From Trichomonas gallinae (lineage: Eukaryota): DNA of 50,390 nucleotides. The stretch is taken from NCBI GenBank assembly GCA_008369845.1, contig MRSU01005260.1, forward strand, positions 1 to 50,390, written 5' to 3'. The notes below the pieces were generated by a model. It saw only the letters and a program-made list of their open reading frames with translations, ran no database searches and was not told the DNA's origin. Positions 40,801 through 49,248 of the stretch are shown here, piece by piece. Position 1 is the first letter of the stretch. Each line of letters starts with the position of its first letter. Position numbers and translations under genes: made by a program.

Positions 40801-43800
40801 AGAACGAAGATATGCATAACATAGAATTCTTGTTTTCTCCATTCTACAACAGGAACAATTTCGAAGAGGTTTTCATTTCCAGGATGCAGATGTCGAAAGG
40901 ATCAGAACTTTATCCAACAGGTGACAAACACAGCATTTTGTTCATCGATGGATTGAATTCTCCACAACCAAGTGATGAAGGTGTCAATACTGTTAACGAA
41001 TTCCTAAGAGAGCTTCTCGAATACAGAACAATCAGTTCCCACTGCTTGAAGAAGAGACTAACTATCAGAAACACTTCATTGGTCGGAATTTCAACATTGA
41101 CGATGATGAATCCTATAGATAAATCATTAGCATCTAAATTTGTCAATCTCACAATGATGCCTTTGACGAGCTCAAGCGAATTCCAGATATTCCAGTCTGT
41201 TCTCACTGTCATGTTCAACAATTACCCAGAAGCTGTCCGCAATTCAGTCAGTAGGATTACAAACACATTGATTTACACACTGGAAAGCATTGATAAGATA
41301 TTCACGAGAAACATTGAAACACCTTGGATCTTCTTCAATCTCCATGACTTTGGCAGAGTTCTTGCTTCTCTTCTAAAGAGCTCTGACAAAGTTATCACTG
41401 ATCAGAGAGCTTTAGAGAGATTCTTTACTCATGAAATCATGAGAATCTACTCAGATAAAATGAATAACGAAGCAGATTTCAAGAAATTCACTGACATGTT
41501 CGAAGGTATCGCAAAGAACAAACTGGGATCAGACCAGAAGCCTGCCGTTTTGTTCGGTTCATACTTTGGAGACTTCACTCGCTCGATACACACAATTGAT
41601 GAAGAAGTTTCAGTCATACAAGAATACAGATCACTTGAAGATGTCATTAAAGTTTTCGATCAATATCTGGAAGACTTCAATTACTCCAAGCTTGCCAAAT
41701 CCAAATCAGTTGTGATTCTCACTCAAACAGCTACACACTTAACAAGGCTTTGCCGCTCATTGAGATTCAGTCGTGGACATGCAATGCTTATTGGCCCGTA
41801 TGGAAGTGGAAAGAGAACCGTCGCTAGATTAGCTTCGTTTATTATGGATGCTGATTGCATTGAATTTGATGACAACACATTGCAAATTGATGAAGTGAAG
41901 ACGAACTTGATGCGCGCAGGTGTCAATGGTAAAAGAGTTGTATTACTTGTCACGCTAGACAAATGCTCAGAGTATAAGGCAATGGAGCTCGCAAACTTGC
42001 TCATAACAGGCGTCGGAATTTTAACACTTTTCACAAACGAAGAACTCGATAGAATATGCACGGATATTTGCCAGTATTCTAAGAAGATAGGTAAAGGTGA
42101 ATCAAACCAACAGCTTCTTCATTTGTTCAAGGAAAGAGTTCTCGAAAACATGCATTGCATTGTTTCTATACAAGATGACGTTCCTACTTTGATGAAGTAT
42201 TGCTCAATTTATCCATCACTTGTCAGGTTCTGCGACATCGACTACTTCAGCCATCTTAAGGACCAAGACTTGATCACATATGGCGATGACTACATGAAGG
42301 CAAACGAGTCTGATCAATCTGTCAACAAGGATGGAGTCCTGGCTGTTTCAACATTTATCTACAAGACAATGGAAAAGCATTCGAGCATGCTTGATTCCAC
42401 TGTTTTCAACTATGTTCTCTCTCCTTTCTTGTTCGTTAAATATCTGAGAACGTGCACCATCGTCTTCAACAAGTTCAAGGCTCAGGCAGAAAGCCAAATT
42501 GCGCCAATGAAAGCTGCACTGGAAAGATTTGACAACGCCGAGAAAATCATGGAACTTTCTCAGCATGAAGTCAACGAAATCACCAAGAAGATGAACAGAT
42601 CAAAGGACAACTTGGATGATGTCTACACAAAGATTGTTACTGCCACTCAGAAACACGACAAACTCAAAGCTAAAATTGCTGAGGAAGAGAAGAATTTCGA
42701 AGAAGAAAACTCTCGTGCAACGAAACTTTTAAGAGAGATCGAAGACTCATTCGGCAAGATCAACAAAGATTACAAAGCAGCTGCCGAGGAATTCTCTAAA
42801 TTCAGCCTCGACGAAATTGATGAAGTTGTCGGATTCGAAACTGTTGATTTCCCATTCTTAACCGCTGTTGTTTCAGTTATTTGTTTGCTCGCAGACCAGC
42901 AGAGCACAACTAAAGGAACATTCAACATGTTATTCAAAGATAATTTGTTCCCGCAGAAACTGTCAGCCAAATTCAATGAAGCAAATCATGTAACACCAAA
43001 GACACTAGCTAAGATTAAAGAAATTCTCGCAGCTACAGAACAATCACTTGAAAACTTGCCTGATTCCTTCCTCAAACTCGCTAAATTCGTTTTAACTCTC
43101 GTGAAATTTGAAGAAGCCTTCCCATCATATCAGCCCAAACAGACTCAGTATCAGCAGCTTCTTGCTTCAATCAGAACAAGAACTGCAACAATCAAGCGAA
43201 AATATCAGAAGCTGGAAATCATCAGCGACCAAATTGCTGAGCATCAATCTCAGAATGAAGTCGGCCACGACGCGTACAAACTCGGCAGGAGGAAAGATGA
43301 GCTCAAGGCCCGCATGGACAAGTTCCAAGCATTTAAACAAGCAATGCAGCCAGTCTTAGATCAATGGAAGAATAAGATCCAAGAAATCAACGACAAAACG
43401 AAATACAACGTTTCAAATACAATGTTATGTACTTTGTATTTCATTTATCTCGGCCCATTTGATGCTGAAAGCAGAGCTAAGATCGTTGCTGAAGTCATCA
43501 CGAAGATCAAAGAAACAGGATTCGAAGTTGATCCAGATTTCAAGTTCGAGCACTGCTTCGTTACTCCAGCGACAATCAGGAAATGGATCAGCATGGGTTT
43601 GCCGCCGAACACGAGAGCTGTCGAAAACGCAGTCATCATCAAATACGGATTCATGGTCCCATACATCTACGATCCTAATGAAGTCTGTTTGAGCTGGCTG
43701 AAGAAAGTCGAAGAAGCCAACCAAATAGCAGTATTACAGCCAGGAATGCAAAACTATTCAAGAATCATTGAAACTTGCGCGAGAAACGGAAAATCAGCTG

Positions 43801-46667
43801 TTATTGAGAACTTCACTGCTGCTTCATTTGATCCATTCATTGATGCATTCTTGAGCAGAAATACAACAACAGAAAAAGGAAAATACCTTGCGAAAGTTGG
43901 CGAAAGATCTATTGAAGTTGATTGTCACTTCACTTTATTCCTGTTGACTTCATCGACGCTTCAAGCTGTTTCTCCTGAAGTTTTCCAGAAGACTGTCGTC
44001 GTTTCATTCAAGCCAGGTCGTGTTGCTTTCCAGCGCTCGATATCAAACGCAATCATCAGACAAAAGAAGCCAGAACTCGAAGAAAAGTACAATTCAACAA
44101 TCGAAATGTTGTCGATGATGGAGAGAAACGTGAAATCTATCGAAGAGAGGTTGATAGACCTCTGCACACAAAAGGATGCAAACTTGATCGATGATGACGT
44201 TTTAGGCCAGGCAATTAAAGACTTGAAGGACTCATATTTGTCAGAAAGTCAGAAATATGCCGAACTTAAGACTGAATCTGCGAAACTCGAACAGCAGAAG
44301 GAAGAATACAATGAAGTTGCAAGACAAATTTCCCTTGTCTTCTACCTACTCACGAATCTGTCTAGATACAACCCACTCTACAAGTTCTCTACCGAAACAA
44401 TCATGCAAGCTTTGTGTGATGCTCTTCCAGATACAGATGATACAAACATTCTCTCAATCGTTTCAAGCAGACTCGTCAACCGCGTCGTCCATACAATGAG
44501 CGTGAAAGATAGGATCCTTGTTCTATTCTTGGTCTCTGTGTCTATATTAATTGATAGAGGAGAAAGCTCAATGGATGAGTATTACTTCTTGGCGCATGTC
44601 AGAACGGTTAAGCCATTCATTGAAAACCCAGCTCCGAAGTCTATAGTTCAAAATTACTGGCTTTCATTAAGTGCTGCAGCAGAAAAAGTGAAGCCAATCC
44701 ATGACCTTATGCTGAAAGTCACAAATGATCCAACCAATTTCATAGAATGGATCAAGACTCCGACGAAGAGATTGGAAGGTTTGACAATTGTCCAAGAATT
44801 AATCGTCACGAGAATCTTCAAGGCAAATTATGTTTTTGTTGTTGTTCGTGATTTGATTGCGAAAGTTTTCGGAGAAAGCAGTGTTCATCTTAATGATATA
44901 TCAATGCAGAATGTTTTCTCTAATAAGGCTGCATCGCAATATCCAATGTTGATCCTTACGAACTCGAACTCTATAGATCAGAGAGCTTTCGTCAGAGAAC
45001 TTTTGATGCAGAGAGAACTCGAGAACAGCCCAACGAAGAGATTCACTGTGATTTTGTCAGACGACTACAGCGAAAAGACAGTGATGAGTGTTGTCGAAGA
45101 TACAGTTAATAACAGTGGTGTTGTTTTCTTGCCGAATATTCATCTCAACACAAGTATATGCAACATTTTCACGAACTTGAAGAACAAAATAACAAAGAAT
45201 TTCAGAATTGTTGCTACGACTCACAAGAATCCATTGTTATCGCCTATAGCTACATTCTGCTATAAGATCCATCTCAAGAATCCATCACTTACAGACACAA
45301 TGATCACGCTTTCCAGCTACATCGACAAAATTATGCTGAAATCAGCCACCTGGACAAGAATCATCTACATGGCACTTTTCATTCACGCGTCATTTTGTGT
45401 CAGGAGGCAATTGTGGTCATCTTTCGCCATACAATACAGCTTCGGCATCCCTGAGTGGTGCATCATCTGCTCGGGTCTCAGACAGATCCAAAAGCGAAAT
45501 ATCAATCCAAAGCCAGATGTTTTCCCACTCGACGAAGTTAAACACGTCATCCTCAACGATGCATATGGCGGATTGATCTGCGCAGACTATGATAAGATCA
45601 CATGCACAAAGATCGTCAACGCACTGATCCAGTTTAACTCGCCTTTCACACAGAATGTCGTCCTTCCAAAACAAGGCGGCATCGATGAAATCCTGAGATG
45701 CATTAAAGCAATGGATGACTATGATTGCTTCATCCCTCATCACATGAGATTCCAGATGACTGTTGAGCGCAACATCTTGCTGTCAATCACAAGAATCAAC
45801 GAGTTCTTTGAAGAATCCAATTCGAACACTATTTACGAACAAGCTGCATCTGTCCTTCAGCAAGTTTTGGCCAATCTTCCAGTGATCGAAGACATCGGCA
45901 GCACAGACGAAATGATGCAGCTGTCTGATCCACTCATGATGGTTCTCTCCAAAGAGATAAGATATTTAAGAAAGAAACTGGCAACAATCCATGCATCAGC
46001 GACACATTTGCTCAATGTTGCAAAGCGCGTTAAACCGCCGAACGCATCAGATGTTGAGAAGATCGTCAAACTCTCCGAATACATAACACCGAAAGAGTGG
46101 GACATTGGCTTCTCACCGCGCCTCGTTAATTCATGGAGAGTTCAAGTAACAGTCACAGCAGACTTCTTCAAGAGCTGGGTTAGGCGTGGAAAGCCTAAAG
46201 TTTTCCAGGCATCTGCTTTCAGATTCCTTAGAATCATGACACGCTCGTGCAAGATGAGGAGCATGATGTCGATGAATGTTCCAATGAGTCAGTTCTTGAT
46301 GAAACTTACTCCACTCGAAACTGAGCCAGAAGAACCACCGCAAGACGTCTTCATTATCTCTGGATTCGAACTTCTCGGCGCGAAACTGAACGAAAACTGC
46401 GAAGTCACAGCCGCAGCAAGCGAAACAACTCCACTCAAATTTGTCAGCATCCAGCCAGTTCTCAAGGACTCACTTGACAAGAGCTACGTCCCAATTCCTG
46501 TCTACAGATCAACTGTTCCTGTCCCCGTGGAAGACTTCTGGAATGACGTCAACTACGGAGGAACACTAATGATGAAGATCGCAGAAGGCGAAGAACCAAT
46601 GCTGAGACTGATCGGAGTCTCACTTCTTATTCCTACAATTATATCATTCTCAGATGTTAACACTTAA
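34803..46667 (+). CDS. Dynein heavy chain, highly divergent, single-headed inner-arm-like size (3954 aa)
   Basis: LETKRAVFPRLYFISDEQLL linker, four P-loops (GPPDVGKN, GDSDSGKST, GEPGIGKS, GPYGSGKR), WFVFDG, coiled-coil stalk, IRKWISMGLP..ENA, YNPLYKFS. Confidence 0.93.
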   Translation: MTQRGRQSQQANDLRARLVPKQPVVAPQVTLKGALNPLAKSQKHSHQIATALPPLPDPPVKETVAELKKEVENEATQYESIIDQFKTPFEFIDYAKKHNLKKEYVFLRSTGEIETAELPTNLVPLPRANVDTKQREVWTLSLEGLTHIRNGDVDFIPLESWLNSIEKFKRLLQIPFFKKHREWKFFSLWKRGVQCTKVSNSLQRINADFFFANQTLRNSFLQVRAALNELQRTKLFSLRSDGAYTLQQFIDENSEYRQTVTSTFESYYKKITKIVQEACERSLDELTSPERFQNAKKGARPLDMMIEHYKSQKAKPAGHGGRNLAEMSYTQKASYKALCFKLVRFIKLVDYHVIGCLRYVCFTSLLELYSIFRHLYNVGAAKTGFENEVGPIKDLSLSPEFVRVYEIIKGRISEVYHSPIFRIDFSFTNDQLIYSPGDNEIIDLIGQVRNDFIDVIFKFPRLIVNPIFAPLHNADTDDALFNPESINVPDLGQILFNDELFKETSTNQNAMIISSISMLNFFTKNFDSAIKVFRENENFDISFMNDDATTASDIKSHINDIRDQEKLMKSIAEKSDVGLLCVYTQKMRSLFITSPGKCMQMVRVEIPTITKRNLTKLEANIHRAFTSLTAEITDVKTYVDYILAVEKYNEEVKSLKAHMDLIKEFFKLATDQAAYIPTDMENEFSELQPILDEIKTNLIGSRDKMDELSRRFVTELEKNVDDLHSRVRVLQELANTPELHNIETHHKQIARIFVVLIAKTDEIKKLADDYDFYQRKIGVQGFKFNDVNDLVKDVKYKQLLWETLSEWRVSTATWYEMDFTTVDVDKIAAEIEGYHASAMEALKNLPGNAVCEEFMGMIEDFKNLLPVIKDLNNKALKDEHKERIDTLIGGKVFEKGLYKIKYLYDLQAFNLAKDIAHVTEQASNEQTLLDHLHSVKDTIDNMQFNLTTGPNLKVFFGGIEDILFSIEDVKATIATVRSSHYVSTLRASADEWVRSLSAFEKAVRKLDRAQKLWDFISGILHSTDTLRQVPNSKDITTLEKLWKGLYVRAKDDPNAFKVCMSNQTLPDLDQAIELLEKTQASIIEALETKRAVFPRLYFISDEQLLKLIAMQKEPFSIKQYLPFFFDGIANYYIETENHVPFISAVLSAEGEVLKLTQVKYRSNVEAWLQNLDEISKRSLRFEFKNDDSKYHEMVHEGWIANSLAQSGFVLSQVYFTESIELAFTTETPLKSITNLKNETQARIDLFSNLMRTKLEPLEFKKFTNYIMLLCRQRDLLNSILAKQIFDANSWFWISKIKFKFDENKKDILVTQGDFCMRYGFEFSGTAPRMPITPDTAQIFNYITVALNSKLPVLLSGPPDVGKNSLITEIARMFGIFSVQFYCDPGLKIYQIANACRGVIHSGVWGAFIDIDRLSEEALSVISENLINYRDSNFSGIKKFNFHGVEIPINPSSAFFATTTSGTRNHTALPSNFRSLFRIINLPSIDMVNYISIKLLSIGIPNSQEIAQKIKKLLHTYSLYAAMKTEKQIFNISFEYMKEMSVEEPEMDEQKLVVFALNHYAERYLRSDLKVIFENLIKENFPNVEVLVEELNSDYLKMVRFCIQNLGLTCTDELCEKVLHVNDVVTHHKAIIFVGDSDSGKSTMINVLIELHKMLSYSNRGVPPVEVHRIFPNSFENQDLIGYYDDKTNKANIGRIEMESIAGDPVNQQWFVFDGLILPLWMESFNTAISYGGTILFPSGMRVPRHDSTRLIFESRTISYASPATLVRCAVINFKQDFVEPNQVIEALTLKYIEPLFKKDTQKMQLAKFKELCETSIKVAFNYYTELFEAKPLHVTFLCCIRTFFKLISSLISEEEFHDENGTHNLTIFFVFAFIWGFGGFMDNNQRNIFDTIVRDTFNNIVVIPVRGLVFDWFVQKVEPEYQWASWADSVPKFVDIAPADIEINPATVKAYNVIVPTLETERTKHLIKLLVKGKHDVLLSGEPGIGKSLLINTLLQDLEKNEDMHNIEFLFSPFYNRNNFEEVFISRMQMSKGSELYPTGDKHSILFIDGLNSPQPSDEGVNTVNEFLRELLEYRTISSHCLKKRLTIRNTSLVGISTLTMMNPIDKSLASKFVNLTMMPLTSSSEFQIFQSVLTVMFNNYPEAVRNSVSRITNTLIYTLESIDKIFTRNIETPWIFFNLHDFGRVLASLLKSSDKVITDQRALERFFTHEIMRIYSDKMNNEADFKKFTDMFEGIAKNKLGSDQKPAVLFGSYFGDFTRSIHTIDEEVSVIQEYRSLEDVIKVFDQYLEDFNYSKLAKSKSVVILTQTATHLTRLCRSLRFSRGHAMLIGPYGSGKRTVARLASFIMDADCIEFDDNTLQIDEVKTNLMRAGVNGKRVVLLVTLDKCSEYKAMELANLLITGVGILTLFTNEELDRICTDICQYSKKIGKGESNQQLLHLFKERVLENMHCIVSIQDDVPTLMKYCSIYPSLVRFCDIDYFSHLKDQDLITYGDDYMKANESDQSVNKDGVLAVSTFIYKTMEKHSSMLDSTVFNYVLSPFLFVKYLRTCTIVFNKFKAQAESQIAPMKAALERFDNAEKIMELSQHEVNEITKKMNRSKDNLDDVYTKIVTATQKHDKLKAKIAEEEKNFEEENSRATKLLREIEDSFGKINKDYKAAAEEFSKFSLDEIDEVVGFETVDFPFLTAVVSVICLLADQQSTTKGTFNMLFKDNLFPQKLSAKFNEANHVTPKTLAKIKEILAATEQSLENLPDSFLKLAKFVLTLVKFEEAFPSYQPKQTQYQQLLASIRTRTATIKRKYQKLEIISDQIAEHQSQNEVGHDAYKLGRRKDELKARMDKFQAFKQAMQPVLDQWKNKIQEINDKTKYNVSNTMLCTLYFIYLGPFDAESRAKIVAEVITKIKETGFEVDPDFKFEHCFVTPATIRKWISMGLPPNTRAVENAVIIKYGFMVPYIYDPNEVCLSWLKKVEEANQIAVLQPGMQNYSRIIETCARNGKSAVIENFTAASFDPFIDAFLSRNTTTEKGKYLAKVGERSIEVDCHFTLFLLTSSTLQAVSPEVFQKTVVVSFKPGRVAFQRSISNAIIRQKKPELEEKYNSTIEMLSMMERNVKSIEERLIDLCTQKDANLIDDDVLGQAIKDLKDSYLSESQKYAELKTESAKLEQQKEEYNEVARQISLVFYLLTNLSRYNPLYKFSTETIMQALCDALPDTDDTNILSIVSSRLVNRVVHTMSVKDRILVLFLVSVSILIDRGESSMDEYYFLAHVRTVKPFIENPAPKSIVQNYWLSLSAAAEKVKPIHDLMLKVTNDPTNFIEWIKTPTKRLEGLTIVQELIVTRIFKANYVFVVVRDLIAKVFGESSVHLNDISMQNVFSNKAASQYPMLILTNSNSIDQRAFVRELLMQRELENSPTKRFTVILSDDYSEKTVMSVVEDTVNNSGVVFLPNIHLNTSICNIFTNLKNKITKNFRIVATTHKNPLLSPIATFCYKIHLKNPSLTDTMITLSSYIDKIMLKSATWTRIIYMALFIHASFCVRRQLWSSFAIQYSFGIPEWCIICSGLRQIQKRNINPKPDVFPLDEVKHVILNDAYGGLICADYDKITCTKIVNALIQFNSPFTQNVVLPKQGGIDEILRCIKAMDDYDCFIPHHMRFQMTVERNILLSITRINEFFEESNSNTIYEQAASVLQQVLANLPVIEDIGSTDEMMQLSDPLMMVLSKEIRYLRKKLATIHASATHLLNVAKRVKPPNASDVEKIVKLSEYITPKEWDIGFSPRLVNSWRVQVTVTADFFKSWVRRGKPKVFQASAFRFLRIMTRSCKMRSMMSMNVPMSQFLMKLTPLETEPEEPPQDVFIISGFELLGAKLNENCEVTAAASETTPLKFVSIQPVLKDSLDKSYVPIPVYRSTVPVPVEDFWNDVNYGGTLMMKIAEGEEPMLRLIGVSLLIPTIISFSDVNT

Positions 46668-46894
46668 TTATTGTTTTTATTTTGTTTATAAATAAATTTG
46701 TGTTTTATAAAAATAGTCCTAAATTTCTTGTAAGTATTATATGAAAAGCACAGCAAATGATAAAATTTATGAGATTCAAAAATTGATAAGTTTATTTTTG
46801 TAAACTTCTCAAAATTCTCTCACTTTTGACTGAAAGTTGGCAGAAAAATGGAAATTTAATTTGATAAATAATAATGAAAATTAATTTATATGGA

Positions 46895-46953
46895 GCTTTC
46901 CTAGCTTTGGACTTTTAATCCAAAGGTTTGGGGTTCGAGTCCCCAAGATAGCG
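46895..46953 (+). tRNA. tRNA-Lys(UUU)-like gene lacking the D-arm (probable pseudogene)
   Basis: Anticodon arm TTGGA-CTTTTAA-TCCAA (46907-46923), T-arm TGGGG-TTCGAGT-CCCCA, acceptor GCTTTCC/AGATAGC (5 of 7 pairs), G discriminator, T9 run after it; only TAGCT separates acceptor and anticodon stems. Confidence 0.8.
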
Positions 46954-47042
46954 ATTTTTTTTTCTTTTTCTAATTTCTTTGAAAATAACCTTAAAATGAT
47001 TGAAAATGTTATGTAAAAATTTTACACAGCAAAAATTACTGA

Positions 47043-47050
47043 AAAGTGAC
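47043..47050 (+). promoter_or_regulatory. M2-like AAAGTGAC promoter motif
   Basis: Exact AAAGTGAC about 55 bp upstream of ATG 47105; another copy at 49212-49219 about 30 bp upstream of ATG 49249. Confidence 0.5.
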
Positions 47051-47104
47051 AAAACATAAAAAATTAAATAAATTTACATGACAAATTTTAAAAAAATTGT
47101 CAAA

Positions 47105-48157
47105 ATGTTTCGTGTTTTTTCATCAGCTGCTGATTTTTGTTATAGAAACTTAATTAGGGCCCAAAATTATCATAAGAAGGTTGAGGACCTGGACAGTCTA
47201 AGCATAAAGTCAAATGAAATGAGAAAGCAGCATGAAAATCTGAAAAATTTTAACGAAACAATTATAAATGAACTTGATTTAATGAATAAAACGCTCGAAA
47301 CTAAGATAAAAGAGAAAAAAGAAGCTGAAAACAAGAGACAAGCAGCAAAAGAGCAACTGAATCTTGCACAAAAAAATAAAAAAGAAGCAGAAGAGGAAAG
47401 AAACAAGCAAAAACAACTCCTTGAAGAAATTAAGAGTGAAAAAACCGAGAAAGAAAGCCAAATTTCGCAAATTACCAATAAAAATCAAGAAATCACAGAA
47501 TTGATTAATAATAGCGAATCTCAATTGAAATCATTGATTGATTCTATCAATGATACGAATTCTAAGTTTACCAAACAGCAAAATTTACTTCAAACACAGT
47601 CAAATCAACTTGCAAAAGATAAAGAATGCATTAAACAAAAAGATAAAGACATTCTAGTTGTTGAGAAGGAATTTAATGAAAGCAATGAAAATCTTAAACA
47701 GCAAGAAAAAGAACTAAATCAAATGAATGAAGATTTATCAACAAATTTGACAAAATACAATGTTATCAAAAAAGAAAGCACAAATCTCAGTAATGAAGTT
47801 GAAGAGTTGAGTAGGAAGCTGATTTCGCTTAAAGCAATTGGACAAAATTATAATTCGGAATTATCAAATATTACTAAGGAACAAGCAGTTTTGGTTGACG
47901 ACAAAAACTCTTCAGAAAGGAAGAAGAATGATCTGGATGAAATAGTAAGCAAAACCGCTGCTGAAATTTCTAATAATGATAAAACAATTGAATCTATGAA
48001 ACAGAAGATCAAGCAATATTCAATCAATCACATGAATGCTCAAATTGCAGATAAAGAAGAATCTTTAACTGAATTTGATGAAAAAATTGCAAAAGCAAAG
48101 AAAGAAATCGAGAAAATCCAACACGAGATACAAATCTTGGAATCAGACTTATTTTAG
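47105..48157 (+). CDS. Long coiled-coil protein of unknown function
   Basis: Continuous K/E/N/Q heptads. ATG 47105 follows GTCAAA; the upstream ATG at 47078 lies inside the recurring TTTACATGACA motif. Confidence 0.8.
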   Translation: MFRVFSSAADFCYRNLIRAQNYHKKVEDLDSLSIKSNEMRKQHENLKNFNETIINELDLMNKTLETKIKEKKEAENKRQAAKEQLNLAQKNKKEAEEERNKQKQLLEEIKSEKTEKESQISQITNKNQEITELINNSESQLKSLIDSINDTNSKFTKQQNLLQTQSNQLAKDKECIKQKDKDILVVEKEFNESNENLKQQEKELNQMNEDLSTNLTKYNVIKKESTNLSNEVEELSRKLISLKAIGQNYNSELSNITKEQAVLVDDKNSSERKKNDLDEIVSKTAAEISNNDKTIESMKQKIKQYSINHMNAQIADKEESLTEFDEKIAKAKKEIEKIQHEIQILESDLF

Positions 48158-48547
48158 CTTAATTATATTAAGCATTTGTTATATTATTATGTTTTCTATT
48201 ATAAAATGTTTATTTGTATTATGTAAATGAAACCCAAGCATATTTATATCAACCTCTATATAATTTCAATAACAAATTACATTAAATCTCAATTGAAAAT
48301 AATTTTCATCTTTTAAATTCAAAAATTAGCTGAATAACAAGCAAAAATATCCTCTAGAAGATAATCTTTGTAGTTAGATTGATTCAACACAAAGGAAATG
48401 AATATCTTTTTGAAAAAAGGACGTGTGAAATATATTATATAAATAAATACAATCTTATGCATGAATCATGCATAAATGTGTAATCAAAATGATATGTTAT
48501 TATTGTAACATTTTATCGATAAAACATAATAAGTATTTTCAAGCTAA

Positions 48548-48895
48548 TTACTTATTGCTTGATCTCTTCCTTGTGCTCATTGTCTTAGCCTGAGATTGTT
48601 GCTGCTCTAAGATGTAATCTGGACGATCAACTTTGATATCTCTTTCCGCAAGAGCCAATTTGAGGTATTTTAATTTCAAAACATTGGCACTATTTTGATC
48701 TCCGGAGGAATGGAAGTTTACTGTTCCGATAATCTCTTTCAGTTTATTCCTGAGTGCGTTTTTTACCATGTTGATAGCTTCTTGGTCATCAAGCTCCAAT
48801 CCCATTGTTGCCATTGTGAGCTTAATCGCCTCATTCATCTGTTCTTCGATTTCCTTTCTCACTTCCTCTGGATTTCTTGCAAACTCCTCCTCCAT
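48548..48895 (-). CDS. TAF10: TAF10-like histone-fold TFIID subunit
   Basis: MGLELDDQEAINMV resembles AGFEASDPRIIRLI; VLKLKYLKLALAERDIKVDRPDY resembles TLTMEDLTPALSEYGINVKKPHY. Confidence 0.65.
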   Translation of the reverse strand: MEEEFARNPEEVRKEIEEQMNEAIKLTMATMGLELDDQEAINMVKNALRNKLKEIIGTVNFHSSGDQNSANVLKLKYLKLALAERDIKVDRPDYILEQQQSQAKTMSTRKRSSNK

Positions 48896-49248
48896 TAGTA
48901 AAAGGTGACAAAAATAAAAGTGTCAACTAAAGTGATAGATTTACATGTCAGATTATGATACTTTACAATGTAAAAGTGCCGAATAAGAAAAATTAAATCT
49001 CAAAAAAATTGATCAAAAACTCATTTTCAAACAATTTCAAAACGACAAATTAAATAAATTACTTATAATATTTTGTTATACCAATAATATTTATAAATTT
49101 CGACAATGATTTCAGTTTCATTTAGGAATTTGATCAATTTAAAAATGAAAAATATGACATTTATGTATTACTAAATCTAAAAATAATATTAAAAATAAAA
49201 AGTCAATGAAAAAAGTGACAATATATTTTTCAGGACGATAAAACATTT

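Noticed and set aside
4136..46480. Numerous 60-180 aa ORFs nested in ATR, VPS13, the PqiA-like gene and dynein
   Set aside because: Antisense or off-frame by-products of long genes with no independent evidence.
47078..47104. ATG 47078 as start of the coiled-coil gene
   Set aside because: It lies within the recurring promoter motif; ATG 47105 has initiator context.
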